A stretch of 64,000 nt of DNA, taken from Rhina ancylostomus (Eukaryota). The DNA lies in the NCBI GenBank assembly GCA_030265395.1, contig JARFYF010000084.1:76806960-76870959 (forward strand), written 5' to 3'. The translations under genes and the position numbers were made by a program. Below, piece after piece: positions 1 to 11,613 of this stretch; the first letter of the stretch is position 1, and each line of letters starts with the position of its first letter. The notes under the pieces were generated by a model that was not told the origin of the DNA, did no database searches, and saw only the letters and a list, made by a program, of their open reading frames with translations.

Positions 1-362
1 GGAGCAACAACAAAACACCCCCCCAACCTTGCTCCTTTTCTTCCCTTTCCTAGCCTCCCTCTCTTTTTATACACTTCCCCCACCTTTTTTTTCTCCCTTC
101 ATTTGACCCATCCCCTGGTGGATCTGCTATCCCCACTTCCCCTGCACCTGCCTATCACTATGTCTTTCCTGCATCTACCTATCACAACTTTGTGTCCAAC
201 CCCTCTTTTGTCCACCTATCACTGCTCTGCCTTTCCCTCCTATATACTGGGCTTCCCCTTTCTCCTATCTTCAGTCCTGAAGTAGGGTCCTGACCCGAAA
301 CATTGACCGCCTGCTTTTCTCCACAGATGCTGCCTGGCCTGCAGAGTTCCTCCAGCATCATG
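1..362 (+). mobile_element. Penelope-like element 3' end (C/T-rich UTR, hammerhead motif, conserved tail)
   Basis: Pyrimidine-rich tract with repeated cctatcac units, then CTGAAGTAGGGTCCTGACCCGAAAC and tctccacagatgctgcctggcctgcagagttcctccagca. The same module recurs about 10 times and abuts a GIY-YIG remnant at ~36.2-36.9 kb. Confidence 0.65.
274..307 (+). ncRNA. Putative minimal type I hammerhead ribozyme (variant core)
   Basis: GTC-CTGAAGTA-GGGTC-CT-GACCC-GAAA-CA-TT-GAC: stem I GTC/GAC, stem II GGGTC/GACCC. Core position 9 is U instead of A. Confidence 0.5.
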
Positions 363-1819
363 GATGTATTTTTGAATTGGACTATACATGAATCTAGTGT
401 ACCCTAACACATTAATTCTTCCAGGATGTTTGTGAGAAAGAGGGATTAAGTTTCCATTAATGTTTAAATTGCGGCCTGTATAATTTGTTTAATAGAACAA
501 AATGCAAAGCTGACAACACTTAATGAAGAAGCAACTTGCATGAATAAATCTGCATTACATGTAAATGGATCTCATCAGATGTTCCAAAGACTATAGAGCA
601 CTGCAGTCGCAGTTATTATTGCCAATTGCTCTCATAATCTGCTCATCCTGATCCATTCCTTCTCTCATCTACAAATTCCTTCCACAGCAACACAAGATTC
701 TTCAAATGATATCTATCAAGTATCTAAAATGCACTTAGCAAATCATTTCCAGAAATAAACTATACACAAAGAATAACCTTGATCTGCAGGTGGTACAGAG
801 TTCATCTCCTGCCTTAGGCCTAGAACTAGCCATTTTGGCTCCATCAAAACTTTTCTCAGATGCATCATGCAGTCTTTAGAAAAGTTTCCATCCAATTCAA
901 AATATCTTGCATTTTTCTCTGCTTGAAAAGCATTTCCTTGTCAGCAAAGCCTTTTGATTTCAGTTACATAACAGATAACCACTATGTTGCAAATGGTGGT
1001 TCATTACACCCAAGCTGCTCCCTGAAACCTTGGACCCATTTTTTTGTACTACTTCTCTCAAGTGCTTCCAGAATATATTTCAAATAGTTATCCACTGACG
1101 TATTGAAAATTGGGACCATTTCTGTTTGGAACACTGTTCCAGCAAGTCTCTAAGCAGTCAGCAGTCTGTTTCAGCTGTCTTACTTCTGAGTCACAATGAT
1201 TATGGAGTCCACCCTCATTCCAAGAACTTGAGGACTTGACACCTCAGTAGAGTCCTGATAAAGTGTNNNNNNNNNNNNNNNNNNNNNNNNNNNNNNNNNN
1301 NNNNNNNNNNNNNNNNNNNNNNNNNNNNNNNNNNNNNNNNNNNNNNNNNNNNNNNNNNNNNNNNNNTAAACGAGCTGGACCGGTAGTGTTCTTGGAAGAT
1401 GAGTATGAAAATGTGCTAGGAATAAATGCGTTCTTTTTCTAAACCAGGTAATTTTCTCTTTTTTTTTTGAAACAATGTGTTTGAAAAGCAAACGTTGAAA
1501 CTTGATAGGTACAATCAAACAGTACTTTCAAGTAAAAAAAATAACTTCTACCAATGTACATTTACATTTATATTATATTTACTCAGAGGACATGTGTACG
1601 AGTTGTCACAAGTTGCATTAATATCCCTCAAGCAGATGGTGCCATTCCTTCTAGAAGCACATGGTGAAAATTGTAATGAGTTGATAAAACTGCTCGGCTT
1701 GCTGAATTATTTGAGGGCACATCTAATCACTCACCAAGCCTTGGAGTTATCTGAGAATCGCCTGCCTCTTTCACACACATCTTGGAGAGACATGGTAGCA
1801 GACAAGCAATTTCAATTTC

Positions 1820-2420
1820 TGCAGCATCTTTAAGTGACTACAGAGAGGGGAGAGGGTAAGAACAGAAGCATTTGTAAGAAAAATCTTTAATATTGATGGA
1901 TTGCTTTAGCAGAAGCCAAAGTGAGTCAGCAAGCACAGGGATAAAAGGTGGATGGAACTTGGTACGTCAGGTCACGGGAGCTGGGTTTTGGACCTGAAGC
2001 TCAAGGAGAATTAAACTGGCCTGGAAGATATTTGAATCATTAGTCCAAGAGATAACAAAGGCATCGATGTGGTTTCACACTAGCTGAGACAGGGGCAAAG
2101 TCAGATGGCGTTATACAGGTAGGAGCATGCAGTCTTAGCAATGTCAAAGGTGTGGTCCGAAGTTCACCTTTGAATCAACTATGACTCCAATTTGAACAAT
2201 CAGTTACCAGTGGAGTGGGATGAAGTCACTGGCTAGTTAATGGAGTTTGTGATGGAACTGAACATAGTTGCTTCCACCCTCCCAATGCTCAGATAAGGGG
2301 AAATGTCTGCTTATCCTGTAGATTGGAAAAGCAGTCTGACATTTGGGATATTGGATGAGTAAAGTGAGGTGATATAATACTGAATTATACTGGTTTTGCT
2401 TTTGGATGATATTACTATGT
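1820..2420 (-). mobile_element. Decayed L2-type LINE fragment
   Basis: Purine-rich degenerate sequence resembling the blocks at 17490-18020 and 53900-54720; recognised by eye. Confidence 0.4.
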
Positions 2421-2429
2421 AGTTGTTGT

Positions 2430-2965
2430 ATCTCACCATTCTGCTAAGTTATTACATTCAACCCCTCTCTCCTGCTCAAAAATAATTACTGATATCTGAC
2501 CTCAGCACCATTTTCCTGCACTCACCCCACCTCCCTCAATTTCCTTAAAATGCAAAAATCATTCAACTTTTGACGCCAAAGTACTCAGGTATTGAGATTC
2601 CACAACCCTCTTGAGTGAAGAATGTCAAAGATTATTGCCTGCTAGATTAAGAATTTTTTCTCATCTCCAGCATGAATGGTTGGGTCCCTAATTTTGAGCC
2701 TGCTCCCTTGTTCTAGATGACCAAGCCTGTGGAAATATCAGCCCTGCATTTACCTTGTCAAGCACCTTTAAATTTTTCTCTGTTTCATTGAGATCTTCTC
2801 TCATTCTGCTACATTAGAAAGTGTCTACAACACAATCTGCGTAATCTTTCCTCAGAGGATAAGCCCTCAATCCCAAGAATCTATTTGGCAAATTGCATGC
2901 TCTGCTATAAGTATATCCTTCCTTTGGTAGGGAGACTAGACCTACACTTGTTATTCCAGATGTTA
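2430..2965 (-). mobile_element. CR1-type LINE 3' fragment
   Basis: Contains agattccacaaccctcttgagtgaagaa, gtttcattgagatcttctctcattct and ggagactagacctacac, the reverse complement of CR1 C-terminal RT/3' sequence. Similar to 56180-56760. Confidence 0.55.
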
Positions 2966-5939
2966 TAGAGTCACAGAGATGGGGATCTGAAATGGGAACA
3001 GATCTTGGGAGATTCAAATGAGGGGAGGGTGACAGATTTATCAGGATATTTGGGCAAAGTATTTAGGTGGTTAGAAAGTATTGAAACATATTTAGCGGAA
3101 GAGTTCTAAGCTTCCTAATTCCTTCAATCATTAACCTAGAGCTTGGTACCTCTTTCCCCCCCAGCTCAATCCAATCTCCACTTTTGTCCACACTCACCTT
3201 CTTTCATTGCCCCTCATGTTTTAATGATCATTTGCTTACTTCAAATGAAGCCTATATATTTTGGAGCTGAACTTCAGGTAGAAATCCCGCATACACAAAT
3301 CTCAACCAACAAAACTGCAAAAATTGGATGAGGTAGCAGTCAGAGAAGCATGCCATGAAAAGATCTGTACAAAGTTTAGCTAAACTACTTTCTACTTCAA
3401 TCAACATTTTTTAAATGAGGTGTTACGCTGTTGATTTTGCTTGGAATCGCAATTCACACTGGCAAGATGTTAGCAAATACCCACATTAAAAATTGCAACA
3501 GAAGATGGTTTGCCACTTCAAATTCTTATATACATTTTAGAACTATGACACAATCATCCCTCCATTAAAAACAAGTACCAGACACAGCAATGAACCTGGC
3601 ACGAGTCATTACAACATTCTTTGACAGCGGGGATGTCAGGATGTGAATAGGTGTGGAACATTTGCCGTCTGCTGTGGCTACCCATATTTTATGCACTAGA
3701 CTTGGTGTAGAAGCAACGCTATTCACTTTAAATAAAAATAACATAATTTTACTTGGCAATTTCAAATGCTTAAAAATAACAGCAATTTTAACTACTTTAT
3801 TGTTCCATCAATCACTTAATAAAAACAAACACCAATTACTTTGGCGCATATCCTTCTTGTTTGCATTTCAGATTCTGAAAACTCAAATTTTTCCTTTGTG
3901 AGTCACAAGTGACATTTGCAAGTCACACGTATACACTAGGGGGTCCACATCTCCATGGACCAAGATCAGTTTAGATTGCATTCATGTTACAACTTCACAG
4001 CTTTGAGACATGCACCAGTTGATTAAACGTCATGGATTGGCTATGTATTTCTGGGTGGGCTGAACTGTTTGGAAACAATTTTTAGTTGTAAATTTGTTAA
4101 TGCTGAGATGTAGGAGGGAGGCAACAGGAAGAAGGAATTTTCCCCAACTTATCGTGCTCACTGGGATTTTCAACAAGTTTTTTTTCAGCTATTCTGGCTG
4201 TTTTCACTTAATAGCAGAGATGAAGGCGGCAATCTAGGTGGTGGTCACATGAATAATGGCTCTAGGAACTGGGCCAACTTTACCAACACTGCTGAGTATT
4301 AAGCAGTTGGTTGAGGCCACCACTGCACAGCAGTAGACTGGCTGAATAGATCATGAATATAACCTTTTGAACCAAGAGGGATGCAAAAGGAATAGCTCAC
4401 GCTAGGGGGAAAAGAAAGACACATTTTGTTTCAAGACTTCAATTCTCATGTATTCTTCAGAAATTGCTGAACAGCTGGAAAAAGTGCCTCAACACAAATA
4501 GACTCTAGCAAGTTTTCTAAACTGCATGAGAAAGAGCTGAGTAAAATTAAACCGAGCATTAAAATTCCCTTCACGTCAGTTTAAGCACAAGGTGCTCTGT
4601 GAAAACATTTGCTGCTGCTTCTGCTGCCACATCCTACAACTGATTACAATCACGTAAAGAAACTTGGCACCCTAAACGTAAAAAATTTACAAGGATGAAT
4701 CAAAATAAAATTTGCATTAGAACAGATCCACACCCAAGTTTGATTCATTGTTGCCCGCTACTAATGAGAACCCACTTTCTCTGGAGGCTGGTGAGCAACC
4801 AGCAAATATCACTGAATACATGTGGACTCTAGTTAAACAGCCAAGCACAGAATATCATGAAAGCCAATGATGGAATGAGATCACTGAACACAGAGAAAAG
4901 TCTTCAGCTAGCTCAGGACACTTCGACATAGTGTGCCTGCCAAGTGCACACACAAATTACAAAGAAACCAAATTCCATGCTTCCCAATGAATCTGGAATG
5001 CGTTTTCAAGCCTTTCTTGTAACAGGAGGCCAGACACATGACAAGACGGTTTCAAGTGAACCTCCAAAGGCAATCAGCAGATTTAGTGGTACAGAAAATT
5101 GTGGGACGATGTGAGAGTGAATGGTGAGGGAAGAAGTTCCGCAGACTATAGCTGACTCCTGATGACTGTTTTAAAAAAGATAAAAATACAAACATCTGTC
5201 ACATTCTTTTGCATCAACAAAGAACATTGTCTTTCCAAGACAGCCCATAGCTTTCAATTGTTACAATTTATCAAACAGCACAGCAAAGCTGAATTGCACT
5301 GTTGGTGATAAGGGGTTCCAATATACTGGAAAGTGCAGAAGGTTTCACAATGCTATACTAAAAGATTCATAATATACATCATTCAGAACAATTTTTCTCT
5401 TTACTTTTGANNNNNNNNNNGATCTGACCTAAATGCAACATTACATGAAAATTAAACCTGGGCATGTCTAAGGACACACACTGTATTTCTCAAGCTTTAA
5501 CAGTTCATAAAAACTACATCGTTCGCACCTTGTGAATTTTGAAACATTTCCTGATGACTTAACCACAAATACGAAAATGGATAAGCCTAGTGGCCTGTGG
5601 CTCAGGAATTTCCTTTCCATTTTCACAATCATGCAAGAGTTTGAAAACAATTAACGTACCACTTAAAAGGACAGGGCCACCTCCAAGTCACTCACAATCC
5701 TGAATGGGAAATAAACTGCTGTTCTGTCATCACTGCCGGATCACAATCCTGGAGCTACTTTAGTGGTTATAATCTAGTTTGTGGCAGTGCAAATTTCAGA
5801 AGTTGTAATGCACAAACAGCTGACAAGATTTTCTTCTTTCAGGAATAAATAAAGAGCGTGGATGTACTGCTTCATCGGACACCAGAAAGAAGTAAAGCTT
5901 GCCATTGTATATCCCATTTCATAACATTTCGACATTCCA

Positions 5940-6275
5940 AAGCATATTACAGCCAATGAGGCACTTGGAATCAGGTAGGAAAGTTCACAGCTCCTGTATT
6001 TACATGATAATAACATGGTGACCTGATTGGCTAAACATCTGACAGGACACCTGGGATTACTCCACAGTTCTTCTTTCGACGTAGTGCCACGAAATCTTGT
6101 ACACCCATCTCAGAGCTCAGACGAGACCTTGATTTAACATCTCTTCTGATAGACTGTATCACTCAGCACTTCCTTGTTCTCGACTGAAGCATCAGCATAG
6201 ATTGTTATGATCAAGTCTGCGGAGTGGGACCTGAACTCATAATTCAGACTAGAATGCTACCAACTGAGCCATAAC
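5940..6275 (-). mobile_element. DeuSINE-type (SacSINE1/AmnSINE-like) SINE
   Basis: tRNA-like head on the minus strand (tggctcagttggtagcattct...gagttcaggtcccactcc), then a Deu-domain-like body and an L2-like tail ending at gcatattacagccaatga on the plus strand. Confidence 0.55.
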
Positions 6276-6769
6276 TGATGCACAAAACCCACGGGCAATG
6301 AACTACTTCTAAACAAAAATATAGTCCTTCTGGCTAATCTGCAAAATCCTCAAAATATTCTTTACTTTTTATTCAAATAAGATTCTCCTGGTATCTTTTA
6401 TAAACATTCCTGACCATTTTGAATTCATGCTGCAACAAATCTTGAGGCATTTTTTGTTTTAAAAGGAGCATTGGCACCTCTGTCAAGACAGGCATTTACT
6501 GCCTGTCCTCAATTGCCCTTGTGGTGGTGGTGAGGCACTTTCTTGCAGGCAAATGCAGCAAGATTTTTGTAATTGTAAAGTCCTACAAGGAGGAATTTTG
6601 ATCAGAATAAATAACTCCATCCTCTCAATCGGCATGGGCATGATGGTCCAAAGGGCCTGTTCTGTGTTGTATGACTGTTTCTAATACTTTCAAGGGATTA
6701 TAAATCCATGCAAGTAAATAGCTGCATCCTCAGTCGATTATCTCACCTGAAAGAGTCTCACCTTCAAGT

Positions 6770-6950
6770 TAGTAGCACAGTGGTGCAGTAGGTAGTGCTG
6801 CTACTTCAGAACTGAGTGTCTAGGTTGAATCCTGACCTGTGCTGTCTCCATGGAATTTGTATACTCTCCCTATGACCATTCGGATTTCCCCTGGTGCTCC
6901 AATTACTTCCCAGATCCCAAAACAAGCTGATTGGTCGAGTAGTTGGTAGT
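6770..6950 (+). mobile_element. V-SINE/HE1-type tRNA-derived SINE (partial)
   Basis: A/B-box-like head gtagcacagtggtgcagtaggtag...ggttgaatcc and V-domain-like ggatttcccctggtgctccaattacttcccagatcccaaaa. Confidence 0.6.
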
Positions 6951-7029
6951 ACAACACTATCCTTGATTCATTTCACAAGCATGTTTTGCGTTTGTACAAT
7001 TATTAGAAATGCAATTCAATCTATTATTC

Positions 7030-7562
7030 TAATGAGATGACTAGGTCAAAGTTCTCATTCCCAGAGAAGGGAGCTTTCATAAATTGATTTAAAACATGTA
7101 GTTCCACCTCAAAAATGCTGGAGTGGATTGGTGAAGATAAAAGGAAAGTTAACTTCCCAAGAAGAAAATTTAAGAGAGCTTCACCAAGTAGGTCAATAAT
7201 TTCATTGTAGGCTGTGGAAACTGATAAGAACCCACGTTCGAGTAAGGTGTTAAAATTGGCCTGGAGGTTTAGAAGGGAGCATGAACCAAATCTCCTAAAG
7301 ACTGACAATCTATGGACATGAGGGGATTGGGCAGGAGAACAATAGGATCAGATGGAAACATTATACCCCAAATAATGGAAGAGTCCGGCAACACATTAAC
7401 AGCATTTAAGAAGAGTCTAGATGAGCACTTGAATCACCTAGGCATAGAAGGCTATGGATAAAATGCTGGGAGATGGGATTAACACAGAGGGGTAACTACT
7501 GGTTGGGATGGATAGGTTGGGCCGAATGGTCCGTTTCCATGCTGTATGATTCTGTGACTCCA
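7030..7562 (+). mobile_element. CR1-type LINE 3' end
   Basis: Ends in gggccgaatggtccgtttccatgctgtatgattctgtgactc, a CR1 terminal motif with short repeat tail. Confidence 0.65.
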
Positions 7563-7812
7563 AGTAAACATTTCAGAACATTCATTGAAGTATATGGGTT
7601 TTGGAATCAAATGCAAGAGCATGGGTAAATTATTGCTACTGGGACACCCCACCTAACAATGAGTGGCCAGTTCAACTACCAGACAGCAATATGAATGTGC
7701 AGTAGATACTTCAATAGTAAATAATTTTTCAGTCTTAAATGTGAGGTAGGTTACATAATTCCTCAATGAAAATGAATGACAAAAGCAAGACAATGTCTCA
7801 GTTTGTACTCAC

Positions 7813-7993
7813 CCTTTTGGATCAAGAAGATCGCGAACCTTTTCATTATAGATTTCCATATATGACACTTCCACTTTAAATGTATGGGATTCATTTTCTT
7901 CTTTGGAGACTCTTGCAAACAATGCACCACAGAGACGAGGTATGAGGCCTGGTACATCAACACTGCCCATCATTGAGAAAGACTTTCCTGAGC
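7813..7993 (-). CDS. KIF13A: Kinesin-3 motor-domain exon, 181 nt (probable exon 6)
   Basis: Encodes (G)SGKSFSMMGSVDVPGLIPRLCGALFARVSKEENESHTFKVEVSYMEIYNEKVRDLLDPK(G). Acceptor tattcag|GC, donor AAAGG|gtgagt. KSFSMMG and LCxALF match KIF13A rather than KIF13B (KSYTMMG), from recalled human sequences. Confidence 0.93.
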
Positions 7994-9271
7994 CTGAATA
8001 CCAATATTGTAAAAGGAAAGAGTCATGCTTGGTGCTGAGAACTATTTGTTTGTATAGCAATTTTTCACAATTGCAATTGAGCGTACACATTTCCTCTCAG
8101 ACAAGGATCCAAAAAAAATGAAACATTATATAGAGGGAATTTATAAATTTACACCAAAAATAAACTGTGTTGCTTGACACCTCAAAAGTTACTTTTGAGC
8201 TTCTTTCTCCATTCACCTGCCCCATCATTCCCACCCACCAACCTACCGGTACTCCACTTCTTTACTTTTAATCATATCCAAGTGAATCACCACATTCTGG
8301 ACTTGTAGAAACTAAACTAAACTAAACCAAAAAAAAACAGGTGGTGTGCTACATATTAGAATTTTGGACTTACCTTTACTCTCATTATATACATCTGACT
8401 TTAATAAAATAATCTTCAATTTATCAACAGTACATGAAGTGGCTGTTTGGCAAAGAGAAACTAGAAATATAGTAAGACCTCAGGAGGACAAAGGCAGAAT
8501 AAGCAGCTAGCCAGCAGGCGCAGCTTAATGCAAATAAATGTAAGGCAACCGAGTCTGGGAGGAAGCCCAGGGAATGGAAGAGTAACCAACATATCAACAC
8601 AATGCTGAAGTGTAGGTATCACCAGAAACAGCTTAAGGTTCAAATAATAGTTCTTTCCAAGTTTAAGTGCACATTAATAAAAATCTTGGAAACACACAGT
8701 AGGTCAGGCACCATCCATGGAAAGAGAAACAGACTTAACTTTCAGGTTGAACACCTTTCATCCTCTTGAGTTTTAAATGCCACAAATAAAATGTTAAAAT
8801 GTAGGTGCATAAATTTCTCATGTATGGACAAATATGAACATATTATTGTTTAGAGCACAAAATGCTGCATACCATTTCAAATGGCCATTGCAGCAAGAGC
8901 ATTAAAGTCGACATCAGTGTACGATATAGATCTACCAGGATGGTGACAGATATGGGAAGGATCTGCTATGTGTCCTTTTTAAAATGAGTTAATTAGTTCA
9001 GGCAAGTGCAATACTGTTTCCAGAACATTGGCTCAACTGCATTTTCTTTGAGCCTAACATCTGTGATGCTAGAACTGCTTCTAATGAAATGAGGAAGGCC
9101 AGAGAAATATTTAAAAGAGACCTGTTATTTTCAAAAAAAAAGTCGAGATAGCCTGAACAGGATAAGACTATTTCTTCATTTTACCTTAAGTTGCAGTTAA
9201 GGTAAAATATTCAGCAGGTGATGTCAGAAGAAATCTCTCCGTGTTAAAGGATTCTGGAGCATGTAATATTT

Positions 9272-9582
9272 GGCCACGGGAAGTAGCTGGTAGTGTAGCG
9301 GTTAGCGTAACGCTATTACAGTGCCAGCAACCCAGGTTCAATTCTGGTCGCTGTCTGTAAGGAGTTTGTACGTTCACCTTGTGACTGCATTGGTTTCCTC
9401 TGGGTGCTCCGGTTTCCTCCCACATTCCAAAGACATACGGGTTAGGAAGTTGTGGGGATGCTATGTTGGCGCCAGAAACGTGGTAACATTTGCGGGCTAC
9501 CCCCAGAACATTCTACGCAAAAGATGCATTTCACTGTGTGTTGCCATATACTTTTGACTAAGAAAGAAATCTGATCTCATCT
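9272..9582 (+). mobile_element. V-SINE-type SINE with Rex1-like tail
   Basis: tRNA-like head ggtagtgtagcggttagc...ggttcaattc, V-domain ggtttcctctgggtgctccggtttcctcccacattccaaagac, tail gcatttcactgtg...tgactaagaaag. Confidence 0.7.
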
Positions 9583-9915
9583 TTTCTAATCCGATGCCTA
9601 TGACAGAAAGAAATTTGGATACGTATTTGAAATAGACAAAGACACTTTGGCATTAACAAATACTGGAGCAGTGGGATGAATTCTGGATTGCTCCAGCTAA
9701 AAGCTGGCACAGATAAAATAGATTTAAGATCTGCTGTGCTGACAAATTGAGGAGTTTGTACTTTTTAAAAATCACATAGTTAATAACTGACCATTAAAGT
9801 GGATCATGAGTTTCTTATCAATGGTCCTTCAATTCCAGCAATAATGAATAATGTAACTTGACTTCAAACCAATTATTCTCTTGCAAATTAATCAGTCACC
9901 TGTTGTGCATCTTAC

Positions 9916-10008
9916 CTGTCTGTCCATAGGCAAAAATACAAGCATTATATCCTTGAAATGCATTGTCAAGTATCCCTTCACCAAGGCACTTGAAAACCAC
10001 CTCTTGAC
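9916..10008 (-). CDS. KIF13A: Kinesin-3 motor-domain exon, 93 nt (probable exon 5)
   Basis: Encodes (G)[30 protein letters not shown](G). Acceptor ctgtag|GT, donor ACAG|gtaaga. The phase-1 join to the next exon rebuilds the P-loop GQTGSGKS. Confidence 0.93.
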
Positions 10009-11313
10009 CTACAGCAGAAAGAGTGCAAGAAAAAAAGTTAAGACAGGAAAGCAATGCATTGAATAATCTCTCCCTCTTCCTCCAAAACTGTTCAATCAAT
10101 CAGTTCGGATCTCAACTACCTCACTTAAGTTCTGTACTTAAAGCACATCAGCAGACTCTTTTCATAAAGAAAATCACAGCGAAAGAAAATTCCACTAAAC
10201 CAGGATCTGCAGATGTACTGCTCACCAGAAGCCACTTAGGATGATTAATTGTTGCCTTCCCTTGGTGGTATGGCAGCCAGTTCAAAGGCATTACTACGTA
10301 TCGCCCAAATTATTTATGATTTATTGGTTGCTGCTGGCATCAATGGCTTATTAGAAAGATGGCGGTTTTATTGTAAAGCCATCAGGAGACTAGACAATAT
10401 TTAATCACAGCTATTTAAACAACCATGCTACAGAACAACAACGTTCAATAACGACAACCATGCAATAAAACTTCAAATCATTTTATACACTGATATCTCC
10501 CTGGAGAGAAGCATATAGTCATAGCTAATAACACCAGATTCATAACAGTTCCATTTGAATAGCACGTTGTGGTTAAGGGATGGCTTAGCAGTGTTACTCA
10601 GAAACCAAGGTCATGCAACAAATTAACATTACTGTACTGAAGTGTTCAGAGAGTTTCTGGAGGTTTTTAAATTGTATCCACTGGTACAAACTTATCTTTT
10701 ATTCTTTTTATTCCAGGCAGCCATATTTTGTTCTTGTCCCAAATCAAGGAACACCCTCTTCTGCAAGAACTGATCAAGTTTGCCTCAAATTCAGTTGAAA
10801 ATGAGCCTGGTCCAGAGTACAAAATGGTTGATAATTTTGCACAGGCTAGTACTGAAATGGCAGGCCATAAGGATAAATAAAATGTAATGGACAACACAGA
10901 TGGAGAACATGTTTGCTAAGAATCTGTAATATTAGATNNNNNNNNNNNNNNNNNNNNNNNNNNNNNNNNNNNNNNNNNNNNNNNNNNNNNNNNGGGTGGG
11001 AGGAGGAGGAGGGAAGGAGTAAAGGATGTTGCAGAATTGGCAACTATTGCTCCATTGTTTTCCCAGATCACAATGCTACATTGCAATGTGCAGATATTGA
11101 AGCCCCGTTAAGATGGTTGGACGAATGCTCATAAAGGCCAGTTTGGGAAGTCAAGATATATTAATTTTGTCATGTTGCTAATCTTACTAGGTTGTTGCAA
11201 TAAGTGGGAATGCCAAATACTAAATAATCAGCACATACTCCCTCAACTCTGAAAGAGGTTTGTTTCACACATACCATCCCACCTCAGAACTGTATTTACA
11301 TGTAAATTACACT

Positions 11314-11484
11314 AAAATGCTGGAAACACTCAGCCAGTCAGGTCAGTCTGTGGAAAGATAAATGAAGCTAATTTTTCAGCTGGAAGACATTTAGTCAGTT
11401 CAGAGGAAATGTCTTCAATCTGAAACATCAACTGTTTTGCCTTCCACCAAAGTTGCCTGACCTGTTGCGTTCTTCCAGCATTTT
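11314..11484. repeat. Fold-back element made of two inverted Penelope-like 3' modules
   Basis: aaaatgctggaaacactcagccagtcagg ... cctgacctgttgcgttcttccagcatttt, with a central degenerate hammerhead CAGTT-CAGAGGA...GAAACATC-AACTG. Confidence 0.7.
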
Positions 11485-11613
11485 CTGTTTTACTTTATCC
11501 GCAATTTTTTTCTTATGACCATTTCCAAGACTTGCTAGAAATAGATGTCATTATAAAACTTTGCTCAGGCCATTCTGTTAAGCAAATATAATTGTAATAG
11601 GCACACTTGAATA

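Noticed and set aside
1-7812. Next KIF13A exon (SRQSLKVREH...) and, in 34724-64000, the upstream exon (...KCVVEMEGNQT...)
   Set aside because: I found no matching sequence by eye. They are probably outside the window or hidden in an N gap.
7809-8090. Assignment to KIF13B, KIF1 or a processed pseudogene, or use of the full 93-aa ORF
   Set aside because: Diagnostic residues favour KIF13A, the exons have intact splice sites and compatible phases, and the ORF's N-terminal part is intron.
9272-9350. tRNA-like sequences (also at ~6770, ~21025, ~24970, ~53500)
   Set aside because: They are SINE heads with degenerate A/B boxes and no complete cloverleaf; most continue into V-domain bodies.
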